Positions 1-7,709 of a stretch of 58,541 nt of DNA are shown piece by piece. Positions within the stretch are counted from its first letter, which is position 1. The number at the start of each line of letters is the position of its first letter. Under the pieces are notes generated by a model that had not been told where the DNA came from, searched no databases, and was given only the letters and a program-made list of their open reading frames with translations. The position numbers and the translations under genes are program-made. The stretch is from NCBI GenBank assembly GCA_037128935.1, contig JBAXVQ010000004.1:1-58541 (forward strand), given 5' to 3'. The stretch comes from a bacterium. GTDB taxonomy: Bacteria > Patescibacteriota > CG2-30-54-11 > JBAXVQ01.

Positions 1-462
1 GGGGAGGGGTGGGAGTGGAATTTGCATATCAGCAATCATTTCCATCCGAACAGAGTCAACAGATGATTTTGCAGTCATCTGCATAATGCGATTGTAGAAG
101 TTATTACTAAAATAAAGGAAAAGAAAATACCCACTTATATGCTTAGAAAAATCGCTTATCTTATAAACTCTTTGATGAATATCGAATTTCCCATTGACGT
201 AATGAAATACTTTTCCCGTTCCTACACCATCTCCTGCTGTTAAAACAGACTCTCCATCATGAGAATAAGAATTAATTCTTTCAATTGTCTGCGAACGAAC
301 AAAAAAGGGAAATTTACCCTCTGGAATCCTATCTTGGGTGTTTTTCTTGCCTGTAGAAATTGATGCAATGTTTCTTATTAAATCAACTTCCCAATCTTCA
401 GGAATAATGCCAACTTCAGTTTGTTTGAAGCCTTCAGGGATTGTATTTGTAGTGTTGGTCAT
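1..462 (-). CDS. hsdS: Type I restriction-modification specificity subunit HsdS, N-terminal target-recognition domain; the 3' end lies beyond the window start
   Basis: Absent from the ORF track because there is no stop in the window. Reverse-strand translation from the ATG at 462 gives MTNTTNTIPEGFKQTEVGIIPEDWEVDLIRNIASISTGKKNTQDRIPEGKFPFFVRSQ...LTAGDGVGTGKVFHYVNGKFDIHQRVYKISDF...SSVDSVRMEMIADMQIPLPPLP. This is a typical HsdS TRD followed by the conserved IPLPPL central-region start. It lies directly downstream of hsdM. Confidence 0.8.
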   Translation of the reverse strand, partial: MTNTTNTIPEGFKQTEVGIIPEDWEVDLIRNIASISTGKKNTQDRIPEGKFPFFVRSQTIERINSYSHDGESVLTAGDGVGTGKVFHYVNGKFDIHQRVYKISDFSKHISGYFLFLYFSNNFYNRIMQMTAKSSVDSVRMEMIADMQIPLPPLP

Positions 463-543
463 GTTTGTTGGGGGCTCCTTGTGTTTGTGCTTCTGCGTCC
501 CCCGCGCACCTGCTCTCGCGGAACTAGGGGGGGAATTCAATCT

Positions 544-664
544 TCTGAATCTGGATTTACTTGATTATAGGATTAACAGGATGAAAACAAAATCCAGCAA
601 ATCCCCTAATCCTGCATACCCTCCCATCCTGTACATCCATTAATCCTGAAAATCCCGATTCAGA
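544..664. repeat. MITE-like 121-bp element with 15-bp terminal inverted repeats, in the hsdM-hsdS spacer
   Basis: Left end TCTGAATCTGGATTT (544-558). Reverse complement of the right end (650-664) is TCTGAATCGGGATTT, a 14/15 match. The interior is rich in ATCCTG/CAGGAT motifs. The region is non-coding; ORF 338-643 is an artefact. Confidence 0.45.
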
Positions 665-683
665 CATTCTTTTGGTTGTTTGT

Positions 684-3140
684 TCACACAGTAAACCCCA
701 TCTTTTGTAAGTGTTCTTCAACCTTCTTCGTCAACCCATCAACATCTTCGGCGAGTGCCGGTAACGGCTCTGCGTAGCGGTCAACTAGGTCTTTGATCCT
801 TCCTGCAAGTGTCTGAGATAGACGGTCAACCTCGCCGATAACCCGTGTGGATAACTCCTGCATCCATTTTTTCTCAACAACCAATGTCTTTATCTCCTCC
901 TCCGTGAAGGTCGGGTATTTCAGAATCACGTTTTTCTCCAACGCTGCTTCTGCATCTTTGATTGCTTTCTTCGTCTCAGCTTCTTGCTCAAACAGTCCGA
1001 GGTATTCTTGTAAGAGTGCCAACTCATCAGCATCTTCGGCACTGGTTTTTATTTCTTTGATTCGCTTTTGGACACTGGTCTTGCTTATTTTTTCATTGTC
1101 GGTCACTTCTGCGAGTAACCCTTCCTCACCAGCATGCTCATCTTTGAGTGTTTCCATCTGGGCAGCGATGTCTTCCAGCGTACCCGTTAGCGCGTCAATG
1201 GTTGCCTTTTCGTTGTTGAAATAGGTATCTATGACCAGGGAAACAGGGATAATACTGCCATCCAGTCCTTTGATACCTTCCACGTCTTTTTTCTTGGTTG
1301 CACCGTCTTTTTTCGTTGTCTCCGTAAACTGACGAGAAACTGTGTTGCCAATCATCCAGCCATCAACGGTGATGCTGTGGGTATCGTCCTGTATCGTCTC
1401 TTCCCAGTACTGCATCAGGTGTTGGTAAATATCGTAGGCATCAATCAGGTGGAGTTTGGCGTATGCATCGAGCAGGTCGCTAGAGAGCTTGTGAATAATA
1501 GCCTTGGGGTGGTCGGCTGTGGTTAGTGATTGCAAATAGGATGATGCAGCGGCTGCCCAGTCGGAGAAGGTCGCCATGACGCTGTTTCTAAACGCATCAA
1601 ATTCTTCGTGATTGAGAATCGTCTTCTTCACCTCATCGCTGCCAATCGTTACTTCTGAGTATCCAGAGCGAGCATGTTTGGTAAACAGGGAGCTTCTCAA
1701 CGTTGGGCAAATATCCCAGTAGGGAGATAAGGCGGTGATATCCGCGTTTGGGATTCCGCCTTGTAAATGTGCGGCTATGTCCTGCAGATCTTCCACTTCC
1801 TGCGTATCAATGTATCGGGGAAGGTTGAGGTTGTAGTCGTTCTTCTGGATTTCTTCGTTGCTGACAAATCGTGAGAATTTCGGTATTTCTGCCTGAGAGC
1901 CCCAGACATCAACAATTCTGCGAATATCCTGCTCACGGAGACGGTTTTTGTTGCCATCTTTCGTGCATCCCTTTGATGCGTCAATCATGAAAATCCCCGT
2001 ACGCCCCCCTGCCCCGGCTTTGTCGAGAACAATAATGGATGCAGGAATACCCGTGCCATAAAAAAGGTTGGCTGGTAGTCCGATTATTCCCTTGATATAG
2101 CCACGGGAAATAATGTTCTTCCTGATATCGCCTTCTGTATTGCCTCGAAAAAGCACACCATGTGGGAGGATCACGGCACCTTTCCCTGTGCTTTTCATTG
2201 ATTTGAGAATATGGAGCAGAAAGGCAAAGTCGCCATTTTTCTTTGGTGGAATACCAAATCCCTGAAATCGTTCAAATTTATCATTTTCTGGTTGGAACTC
2301 GGTGCTGAATCCCGTTCTCCAGGCTTTATAGGAAAATGGAGGATTGGCAACCACGTAGTCAAATGTTTTGAGCGACTCCTGTTCTGTGAAGAGTGGGCTG
2401 GAGAGCGTGCTTTGTCCTTTTTTGATGACCGCAGTTGGTTTGGAATGCAGCCACATGTTCAAGACAGCAAGTCCAGCGGTGGCATTATCAAGTTCTTGCC
2501 CATAGATTGTAATCCCTTTGTGGGCTTCATCGGAGACTTTGAGCAGGAGTGATCCACTACCACAGGCGGGGTCGTACACGGTCTGCATCATGCCTGTAGA
2601 CTGGTTGGCATCAATCACTTTGGCAATAATGCGGGACACTTCAGCAGGGGTATAAAACTGACCTTTGCTTTTTCCTGATTCCACGGCGAATTTCTTCATG
2701 AGAAATTCGTAGGCGTCGCCTAACAAGTCATCACCTTCTGCTTTGTTCTTGCTGAAGTCCAAGTCAGGATTTTCAAAAATAGCAATTAGTTTGGAGAGCC
2801 GGTCTTGCATCTCTTTCCCTTTTCCCAGCTTGTCTTCGTCATTGAAGTTCACTTCATCAATCACCCCTTGGAGACCGTTTGCTTCCGCTAAAGCGGTGAG
2901 TACTTTGTTGATGCCGTCACCTATATCCGTTTTGCCTTTTAGCCGTTGCAAGTCTGCAAAACTGCCCCCGTTTGGTACATCAACAATCTGGTTTTCCTTG
3001 CCTGCAAATTTATCGGAGACATACCGGACAAAGAGCAGTACCAAGACATAATCTTTGTACTGTGACGCATCCATACTGCCACGCAGTTCGTCACATGCCT
3101 GCCAGATGGAGCTGTAGAGATGAGATTTTTTGATTGCCAT
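684..3140 (-). CDS. hsdM: Type I restriction-modification DNA methyltransferase subunit HsdM (N6-adenine), long form with a coiled-coil C-terminal extension
   Basis: 818 aa. N-terminal HsdM helical domain (LYSSIWQACDELRGSMDASQYKDYVLVLLFVRYVSDKF). SAM motif I VYDPACGSGSLL. Catalytic motif IV VVANPPFS. An hsdS fragment lies downstream. Confidence 0.9.
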   Translation of the reverse strand: MAIKKSHLYSSIWQACDELRGSMDASQYKDYVLVLLFVRYVSDKFAGKENQIVDVPNGGSFADLQRLKGKTDIGDGINKVLTALAEANGLQGVIDEVNFNDEDKLGKGKEMQDRLSKLIAIFENPDLDFSKNKAEGDDLLGDAYEFLMKKFAVESGKSKGQFYTPAEVSRIIAKVIDANQSTGMMQTVYDPACGSGSLLLKVSDEAHKGITIYGQELDNATAGLAVLNMWLHSKPTAVIKKGQSTLSSPLFTEQESLKTFDYVVANPPFSYKAWRTGFSTEFQPENDKFERFQGFGIPPKKNGDFAFLLHILKSMKSTGKGAVILPHGVLFRGNTEGDIRKNIISRGYIKGIIGLPANLFYGTGIPASIIVLDKAGAGGRTGIFMIDASKGCTKDGNKNRLREQDIRRIVDVWGSQAEIPKFSRFVSNEEIQKNDYNLNLPRYIDTQEVEDLQDIAAHLQGGIPNADITALSPYWDICPTLRSSLFTKHARSGYSEVTIGSDEVKKTILNHEEFDAFRNSVMATFSDWAAAASSYLQSLTTADHPKAIIHKLSSDLLDAYAKLHLIDAYDIYQHLMQYWEETIQDDTHSITVDGWMIGNTVSRQFTETTKKDGATKKKDVEGIKGLDGSIIPVSLVIDTYFNNEKATIDALTGTLEDIAAQMETLKDEHAGEEGLLAEVTDNEKISKTSVQKRIKEIKTSAEDADELALLQEYLGLFEQEAETKKAIKDAEAALEKNVILKYPTFTEEEIKTLVVEKKWMQELSTRVIGEVDRLSQTLAGRIKDLVDRYAEPLPALAEDVDGLTKKVEEHLQKMGFTV

Positions 3141-3276
3141 AGGGTTTGTATTTCCAATGTCAGAGATGGGGTATGTTTAGTTTAACAGTTATTTTTTTTG
3201 TGCGGTGAAGACATCGACTTTCTATGCTACCATTGTTATAAAAGATACATGAACAACCCTACAAAGGAGCATCACA

Positions 3277-3906
3277 ATGGCAAAAAGGCAAAAAGCTACT
3301 GCAACACTACAACTAAAAATCGTTCTCGAACACACAGACCCATCCATCTTGCGGCAGGTTACCATACCTAACAACTTTACACTCCACGAGCTTCACCTCG
3401 TTATCCAGTCAGCATATAACTGGAAAAACTGTCATCTCCATATGTTCTATAAAGGCAAAAGAAGAGACACCATAGCCGCTGATATCAACTCGGACGGCTG
3501 GGGTGGAGAGGCAGATGAGGGAAGTCAGGACACCAAAAAAACTTTCGTAACAGACTTTTTGGGAAATGACAAAGAAATCTATTACGAATATGACCTCGGC
3601 GACAGCTGGAGTCACAGCATCAAACTGGAAAAAACACTACCCGAACCTACGACTAAGCCAAAACTCCTCAACGCCGAGAACTATGCCCCGGTAGAAGACT
3701 GTGGAGGTGACTGGGGATGGTATGAGAAGCTTGAATTCCTCGCCAACTACCCTAAAAAACCTACAGAAGATGATAAAGACCTACTTAACTGGTTGGCAGA
3801 ATTAATCCCTGAACTTGATAAAAAAAATCCCCGCACATTCAACCCTACCGAAATAAACAAATCAGAAATTGCAGCTAGGATAGAAAAGTACACAAAAATG
3901 AATTAG
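3277..3906 (+). CDS. Plasmid pRiA4b ORF-3-like (PF07929-type) protein
   Basis: 209 aa. The N-terminus LQLKIVLEHTDPSILRQVTIPNNFTLHELHLVIQSAYNWKNCHLHMFY matches the remembered family signature (YQLKVxL..xxPPIWRRxxVPxxxTLxxLHxxIQxxMGWxxxHLHxF). Confidence 0.65.
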   Translation: MAKRQKATATLQLKIVLEHTDPSILRQVTIPNNFTLHELHLVIQSAYNWKNCHLHMFYKGKRRDTIAADINSDGWGGEADEGSQDTKKTFVTDFLGNDKEIYYEYDLGDSWSHSIKLEKTLPEPTTKPKLLNAENYAPVEDCGGDWGWYEKLEFLANYPKKPTEDDKDLLNWLAELIPELDKKNPRTFNPTEINKSEIAARIEKYTKMN

Positions 3907-4094
3907 ATTTTTTAGTTTCCACTTTTTTCCGGAATAGGTCTCCTTTAGGACAACTGCTCGCACGGTGAGATGCCTGCTGCTGCATTAAGGCTTGGTATAT
4001 AGAACCCTGAAGTGTCATTACGAGCGAGTCTCCGAGCGTGGTAATCCCATCGGGCTCAATGCACCCCATGGGATTGCCACGTTGCAAAAGCCTT

Positions 4095-4166
4095 CGTTGG
4101 TTCAAGTGTTCTTTCACTTGAACCAGCTCCTTTGGGAGCATGTAATCTGCTGACAAAATGAGGGGT
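4095..4166 (-). repeat. Cassette-boundary repeat, copy A (truncated: first hairpin plus spacer only)
   Basis: cgttggttcaagtgttctttcacttgaaccagctcctttgggagcatgtaatctgctgacaaaatgagggg aligns with the first ~72 nt (plus-strand reading) of copies B-E, then diverges. Confidence 0.75.
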
Positions 4167-4198
4167 AATTTATTAGCCTTGTTATTCGGTATAAAGCA

Positions 4199-4432
4199 TT
4201 ATCTTGTTTTTATTATGCCTAAAAGTTCCAAAAGACCAAAAACAGATAAAATAAATCCACAAACAAAGCAGAAATATTGATTAAATTTTCTATATTTTTC
4301 TAATGATGCATTCTTTCCCCAGAAAGCTTGATAGAAATACTGTCGCCATTTTGACTTTACAATGGAGTTGGAAAACGATTTACAGAAGACCATAAAAATT
4401 AGTCCAACACCTATTGAAATAATCGCTGACAT
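4199..4432 (-). CDS. Small two-TM membrane protein (last cassette, second gene)
   Basis: 77 aa with two hydrophobic segments (IISIGVGLIFMVF and FCFVCGFILSVFGLLELLGI). No recognisable family. Confidence 0.4.
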   Translation of the reverse strand: MSAIISIGVGLIFMVFCKSFSNSIVKSKWRQYFYQAFWGKNASLEKYRKFNQYFCFVCGFILSVFGLLELLGIIKTR

Positions 4433-4548
4433 TTTGAAGACTCCTTATGACATTGCGGGAGTAGGTGTCTTAATAGCACCTGCTTCCGCATTGAGCAAGA
4501 TGGGCATAGCCCATCCTACGACTGTTAGTGCAACAATTTCTATCTTAC

Positions 4549-5004
4549 TCATGAGCTTTTTTCAGCATCATCTAGATTTTTTTGCCTGATAAAAGGCATA
4601 CGTTCCATTAGTGCATTGTCTGCTGATTGTTTTTGTACAATAGTGTCTTTGTATGCTGAATCAAAATCTTGGTATAGCTCTCCCCATGCTTGGTTTGTTA
4701 TGTCATTTTTTTCTGTTAAGGTGTTGGAATCATCTGTAAGAATACTTTTATTATTTATTAAGCAAATATTTACTGAGACAGGCCATCTTTTTACTGCAAA
4801 CAAAGAGTTATCACTATGCCGCGACGCAATTATAAGATGGTCGATATTCGTTGAATGCAGACCTAAATATACATCATTGTGTATTGGAGGGATAAGAGAA
4901 ATAAGCATGAAATTAGTATCTTTCAGATAGGTAATCTTCTTACTGAAAGTGCATTTTGTTGGATAGAAATGTTTAAGCTCACCTGAAGCGAGATAGTAAA
5001 ACAT
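4549..5004 (-). CDS. Hypothetical cassette protein (candidate orphan immunity protein)
   Basis: 151-aa ORF with AAGGAG 4 nt upstream of the ATG. It starts immediately after repeat copy B. No recognisable motifs. Confidence 0.5.
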   Translation of the reverse strand: MFYYLASGELKHFYPTKCTFSKKITYLKDTNFMLISLIPPIHNDVYLGLHSTNIDHLIIASRHSDNSLFAVKRWPVSVNICLINNKSILTDDSNTLTEKNDITNQAWGELYQDFDSAYKDTIVQKQSADNALMERMPFIRQKNLDDAEKSS

Positions 5005-5022
5005 AAGACTCCTTTTTTCTCT

Positions 5023-5127
5023 CTCCGTTGGTTAAAGTGTTCCTTCACTTGAACCAGCTCTTTTGCGAGCATGTATCCTGCTGACAAAATGGAGGGTTCA
5101 AGTCAGGGTAGACTTGAACCAACAAGG
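5023..5127 (-). repeat. Cassette-boundary repeat, copy B (105 bp)
   Basis: ctccgttggttaaagtgttccttcacttgaaccagctcttttgcgagcatgtatcctgctgacaaaatggagggttcaagtcagggtagacttgaaccaacaagg. Three mismatches to copy E. Confidence 0.9.
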
Positions 5128-5132
5128 CATAT

Positions 5133-5603
5133 TTATATAAATTTTGGCTTTAGCCATAATGTTGAAATCCATTCGTCTGTTATACCAGCAATGCAGTCAT
5201 TAGCAAACTCAACAAAAATGGTACTGGTATTCTCTTCTTTTTTCCAAAAAAATTTCACCCAACCACACTTTTCATCAAATGTAACCTTAAGATCACTTTC
5301 CTCAATAATTCTTATCCCTGTTCCTGCGTCAAGCTTAGCATCTGACAAAAAAAGGCCGCCCTTTTCTGATAAAGGTGGGGAAAGAGGTTCATTAATCCAA
5401 TCAGTATAACTAACCTCTCCATATAGTGATTTTACACGAATTGAGTTACTGCTCTTGATTTCAGAGCATAAATCTAGATACTCTCCAACCATGATTGATA
5501 CATCAGTAACTGCAGTTGGCTCGAAGTAAAAGAGTTTTTTACTCTTGTCGAAATAGAGCTGACCTTGGTTACACCTAGTTTGTTTATCAATAATAAATTG
5601 CAT
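5133..5603 (-). CDS. Hypothetical cassette protein (candidate orphan immunity protein)
   Basis: 156-aa ORF that fills the cassette between copies C and B. No recognisable family. Confidence 0.5.
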   Translation of the reverse strand: MQFIIDKQTRCNQGQLYFDKSKKLFYFEPTAVTDVSIMVGEYLDLCSEIKSSNSIRVKSLYGEVSYTDWINEPLSPPLSEKGGLFLSDAKLDAGTGIRIIEESDLKVTFDEKCGWVKFFWKKEENTSTIFVEFANDCIAGITDEWISTLWLKPKFI

Positions 5604-5697
5604 AGGAACTTTGAGTTACCGTTCAAGCATTTCCATAAGTCTCTCCACATCTCCATAAACCGCACTGTTTTCTACATTCACTGTAAAATCGTATTTC

Positions 5698-5800
5698 TCA
5701 GTTGGCTAAAGTGTTCCTTCACTTGAACCAGCACCTTTGTGAGATGTATTCTGCTGGCAAAATGATGGGTTCAAGTCAGGGAAGACTTGAACCAACAAGG
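5698..5800 (-). repeat. Cassette-boundary repeat, copy C (about 88% identical to copy E, 1-nt deletion)
   Basis: tcagttggctaaagtgttccttcacttgaaccagcacctttgtgagatgtattctgctggcaaaatgatgggttcaagtcagggaagacttgaaccaacaagg. Confidence 0.85.
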
Positions 5801-5815
5801 AGAGGGATATCGCAG

Positions 5816-6406
5816 CTACATTTGCTGTTTCTTCCATTCAACAGCTATTTTTTCAGCGTCTTTAAGCCATTGCATATTGGTATCTCTTTCGACATTGAAT
5901 ACACTAGCTGCTGATGGATGGTTATTCGTTGGAATGCCTAATAAATTTAAAATAGAACAATATGAAACATATGCAATGTCTTCAGACGGTGGATTTCTGA
6001 AAATACTAAGCAAATAATATAAATATTGAGGATTTTTTGTTCCTCTTAATAGTGATCCAATGCAACTTACACCTAATCTAGGATTTTGATAGTCGGGATT
6101 AAAAAATTCATCAGGATCAATAATTGGGCTTTCCTGAGAAAATCTAACAGATGTCTCTAAGTGATCTTGGCAATTCCAATGTAGGACTAGAACCATTAAC
6201 GATATATAGCGAATATCTGGATGGGGATGTGTTAGAAAGGACTCTACCAGTTTTTTTGCTAGTGGATACCGATCAGGGTTCACTTCATGGCCTAAAACAT
6301 GAATTGCTCTATACAGTTTTCTACTTTTTTCATCAAAGGGTTCTTCGGCTATTGTAATTAGATCATCAATGTATTCCAAAGGTGTTTTTTTTTCATACTT
6401 ATGCAT
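5816..6406 (-). CDS. Hypothetical cassette protein with HEAT/ARM-like helical repeats (candidate orphan immunity protein)
   Basis: 196 aa. Helical repeat-like segments (LAKKLVESFLTHPHPDIRYISLMVLVLHW). The ATG lies 11 nt after the CGGAG end of repeat copy D. Confidence 0.5.
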   Translation of the reverse strand: MHKYEKKTPLEYIDDLITIAEEPFDEKSRKLYRAIHVLGHEVNPDRYPLAKKLVESFLTHPHPDIRYISLMVLVLHWNCQDHLETSVRFSQESPIIDPDEFFNPDYQNPRLGVSCIGSLLRGTKNPQYLYYLLSIFRNPPSEDIAYVSYCSILNLLGIPTNNHPSAASVFNVERDTNMQWLKDAEKIAVEWKKQQM

Positions 6407-6417
6407 ACGAATTAACT

Positions 6418-6522
6418 CTCCGTTGGTTCAAGTGTTCACTTTCTTCAACCAACACCTTTGCGTACATGTATCCTGCTAACAAAATGATGGGTTTAAGTCA
6501 GAGAAGACTTGAACTAACAAAA
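6418..6522 (-). repeat. Cassette-boundary repeat, copy D (degenerate, about 80% identity)
   Basis: ctccgttggttcaagtgttcactttcttcaaccaacacctttgcgtacatgtatcctgctaacaaaatgatgggtttaagtcagagaagacttgaactaacaaaag. Confidence 0.8.
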
Positions 6523-6541
6523 GAAGGAATAGTTGTCTTTC

Positions 6542-7234
6542 TCAATGGTATTCATCTACTCGCCAAGGAGCCCAAAATGCAGGTTCTGCGACATTATCAA
6601 GGTGATTAATATAATCAATCACTTTTTTTGCATCTACATAACTATTAATTAAACCTTTTTCGTTTAGCTCAATATGAAGATCTTCAACGATATCTTTTTC
6701 TAGTCCATTACAGACATAAGAGTGAAATAGCATAATTTCATAACCCAATATGTCATAGCCTAAAAACTCCCCTTTTTTATCTAGAGGAATTTTATTAGAT
6801 AGTATTTGAACTATCCCTGAATATTTTTGGTTAGGTTTTGAATTCTGCAATTCTTCCTGTAACAAATTATTAGCAATTTTTTTTTCAATAGATATTCCAA
6901 CAATCTTTACATCTTGAAGATGTTTTAAAAATTTGGCTTTAAACTGTTTAGCAGACAATAAATTCATAAATACATTTGGCCAACCAATCAATCCACTACC
7001 TAATTGATTTGAAATTTCTAACAACATCTTATTAAAGTCCTCATCTTGAAGAGCTATTCTGTTCTGAATTGCTTTTTTTTCTGATTCCTGTTTAGACCCA
7101 GGAAGAAGAGCATCATTTGGATATAAATTCGCAAGACAGTTACTGATGGTATAAATTTGTTCATTTAAGTAGGGTTTATTAACTAAAGTTGGTTCGACTA
7201 AAAAATACCCACCTGAATAATAAATTTCAGACAT
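6542..7234 (-). CDS. Hypothetical protein, candidate immunity partner of the upstream toxin-tip-like ORF
   Basis: 230-aa ORF. AGGAG lies in the 11-nt gap after the stop of ORF 7246-7431 (ctaattAGGAGcgaagtaaATG). No recognisable family. Confidence 0.55.
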   Translation of the reverse strand: MSEIYYSGGYFLVEPTLVNKPYLNEQIYTISNCLANLYPNDALLPGSKQESEKKAIQNRIALQDEDFNKMLLEISNQLGSGLIGWPNVFMNLLSAKQFKAKFLKHLQDVKIVGISIEKKIANNLLQEELQNSKPNQKYSGIVQILSNKIPLDKKGEFLGYDILGYEIMLFHSYVCNGLEKDIVEDLHIELNEKGLINSYVDAKKVIDYINHLDNVAEPAFWAPWRVDEYH

Positions 7235-7245
7235 TTACTTCGCTC

Positions 7246-7431
7246 CTAATTAGAGGGGTCATTAGTATACCCAGGAGGCAAAGGACCTGGCTTATTAAGA
7301 ATTCGTTGCCCATATTCATTGTAATCGTAGTTATGTTCATGTGGTAATTCACCGTTGTGTGGTGGACTTCCCTCAAAGTCCTGTCTGGAAATCTGTTGCC
7401 CATTTTGATTGTAAAATGTTCTTGATCTCAC
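7246..7431 (-). CDS. Toxin-tip-like small ORF or orphan C-terminal fragment
   Basis: The track ORF starts at a GTG. The same frame stays open upstream to about 7600, through repeat copy E (…EPTEQSTTEIKSGTSQGGTTNNPNSIYEQLNSDGTVRSRTFYNQNGQQISRQDFEGSPPHNGELPHEHNYDYNEYGQ…). It has YD-like spacing and a PHEH motif. There is no ATG with a Shine-Dalgarno sequence. Confidence 0.3.
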   Translation of the reverse strand: MRSRTFYNQNGQQISRQDFEGSPPHNGELPHEHNYDYNEYGQRILNKPGPLPPGYTNDPSN

Positions 7432-7524
7432 TGTTCCGTCGCTGTTTAGCTGCTCGTAGATACTGTTGGGATTATTTGTTGTTCCACCTTGACTTGTCCC
7501 CGATTTGATCTCAGTGGTCGATTG

Positions 7525-7629
7525 CTCCGTTGGTTCAAGTGTTCCTTCACTTGAACCAGCTCTTTTGCGAGCATGTATCCTGCTGACAAAATGGAGGGTT
7601 CAAGTCAGGGAAGACTTGAACCAATAAGG
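7525..7629 (-). repeat. Cassette-boundary repeat, copy E (105 bp, best-preserved copy)
   Basis: ctccgttggttcaagtgttccttcacttgaaccagctcttttgcgagcatgtatcctgctgacaaaatggagggttcaagtcagggaagacttgaaccaataagg. Two perfect 10-bp-stem hairpins: GGTTCAAGTG-n6-CACTTGAACC and GGTTCAAGTC-n6-GACTTGAACC. Confidence 0.9.
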
Positions 7630-7709
7630 GGCTTCTTGTCACTTCTCATTGAATGAGATGGGCATAGCCCATCCTACAACAACCTAAAACTCACTAACCA
7701 TAACATTTA

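Noticed and set aside
338-643. 101-aa plus-strand ORF.
   Set aside because: It is antisense to the hsdS 5' end and then runs through the MITE-like element. It shows no coding features.
847-3157. Several 60-125-aa ORFs on both strands within hsdM (847-1224, 1775-1984, 2211-2552, 2743-3051, 2939-3157).
   Set aside because: They are shadow ORFs inside a gene with unambiguous methyltransferase motifs.
3875-4156. 93-aa minus-strand ORF downstream of the cassette array.
   Set aside because: It is made up of truncated repeat copy A plus a palindromic stretch (AATCCCATCGGG…CCCATGGGATT). It also overlaps the 3' end of the pRiA4b-like gene. It has no start context.
4445-4552. 35-codon ORF (MSKIEIVALTVVGWAMPILLNAEAGAIKTPTPAMS) overlapping the stop of the 151-aa gene by ATGA.
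   Set aside because: Its core is the translated 21-bp palindromic motif (…VGWAMPI…) that also occurs non-codingly at 7657-7677. It is probably not a gene.
5071-6609. Plus-strand ORFs 5071-5409, 5702-5914, 5787-6017 and 6382-6609.
   Set aside because: They initiate inside the repeat copies (MYPADKMEGSSQGRLEPTR and variants). They lose frame between copies, for example through the 1-nt indel in copy C. They run antisense to the better-supported minus-strand cassette ORFs.
4095-7629. Integron cassette array with attC sites, or a CRISPR array.
   Set aside because: No intI-like tyrosine recombinase is present in the window. The repeat ends read GTTGGTT…AACCAAC rather than RYYYAAC…GTTRRRY, so the integron core sites do not fit. 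Repeat spacing is 0.7-1.1 kb and protein-coding, which is incompatible with CRISPR. The resemblance to cassette logic is kept only as an analogy in the findings.
7525-7629. GGTTCAAGTC strings resembling tRNA T-arms, raising the possibility of tRNA genes or tRNA-derived elements.
   Set aside because: No cloverleaf can be drawn. The flanks of each GGTTCAAGTx pair with an exact inverted copy 6 nt away (a simple hairpin), not with a 5-bp T-stem. No acceptor or anticodon arms are present.
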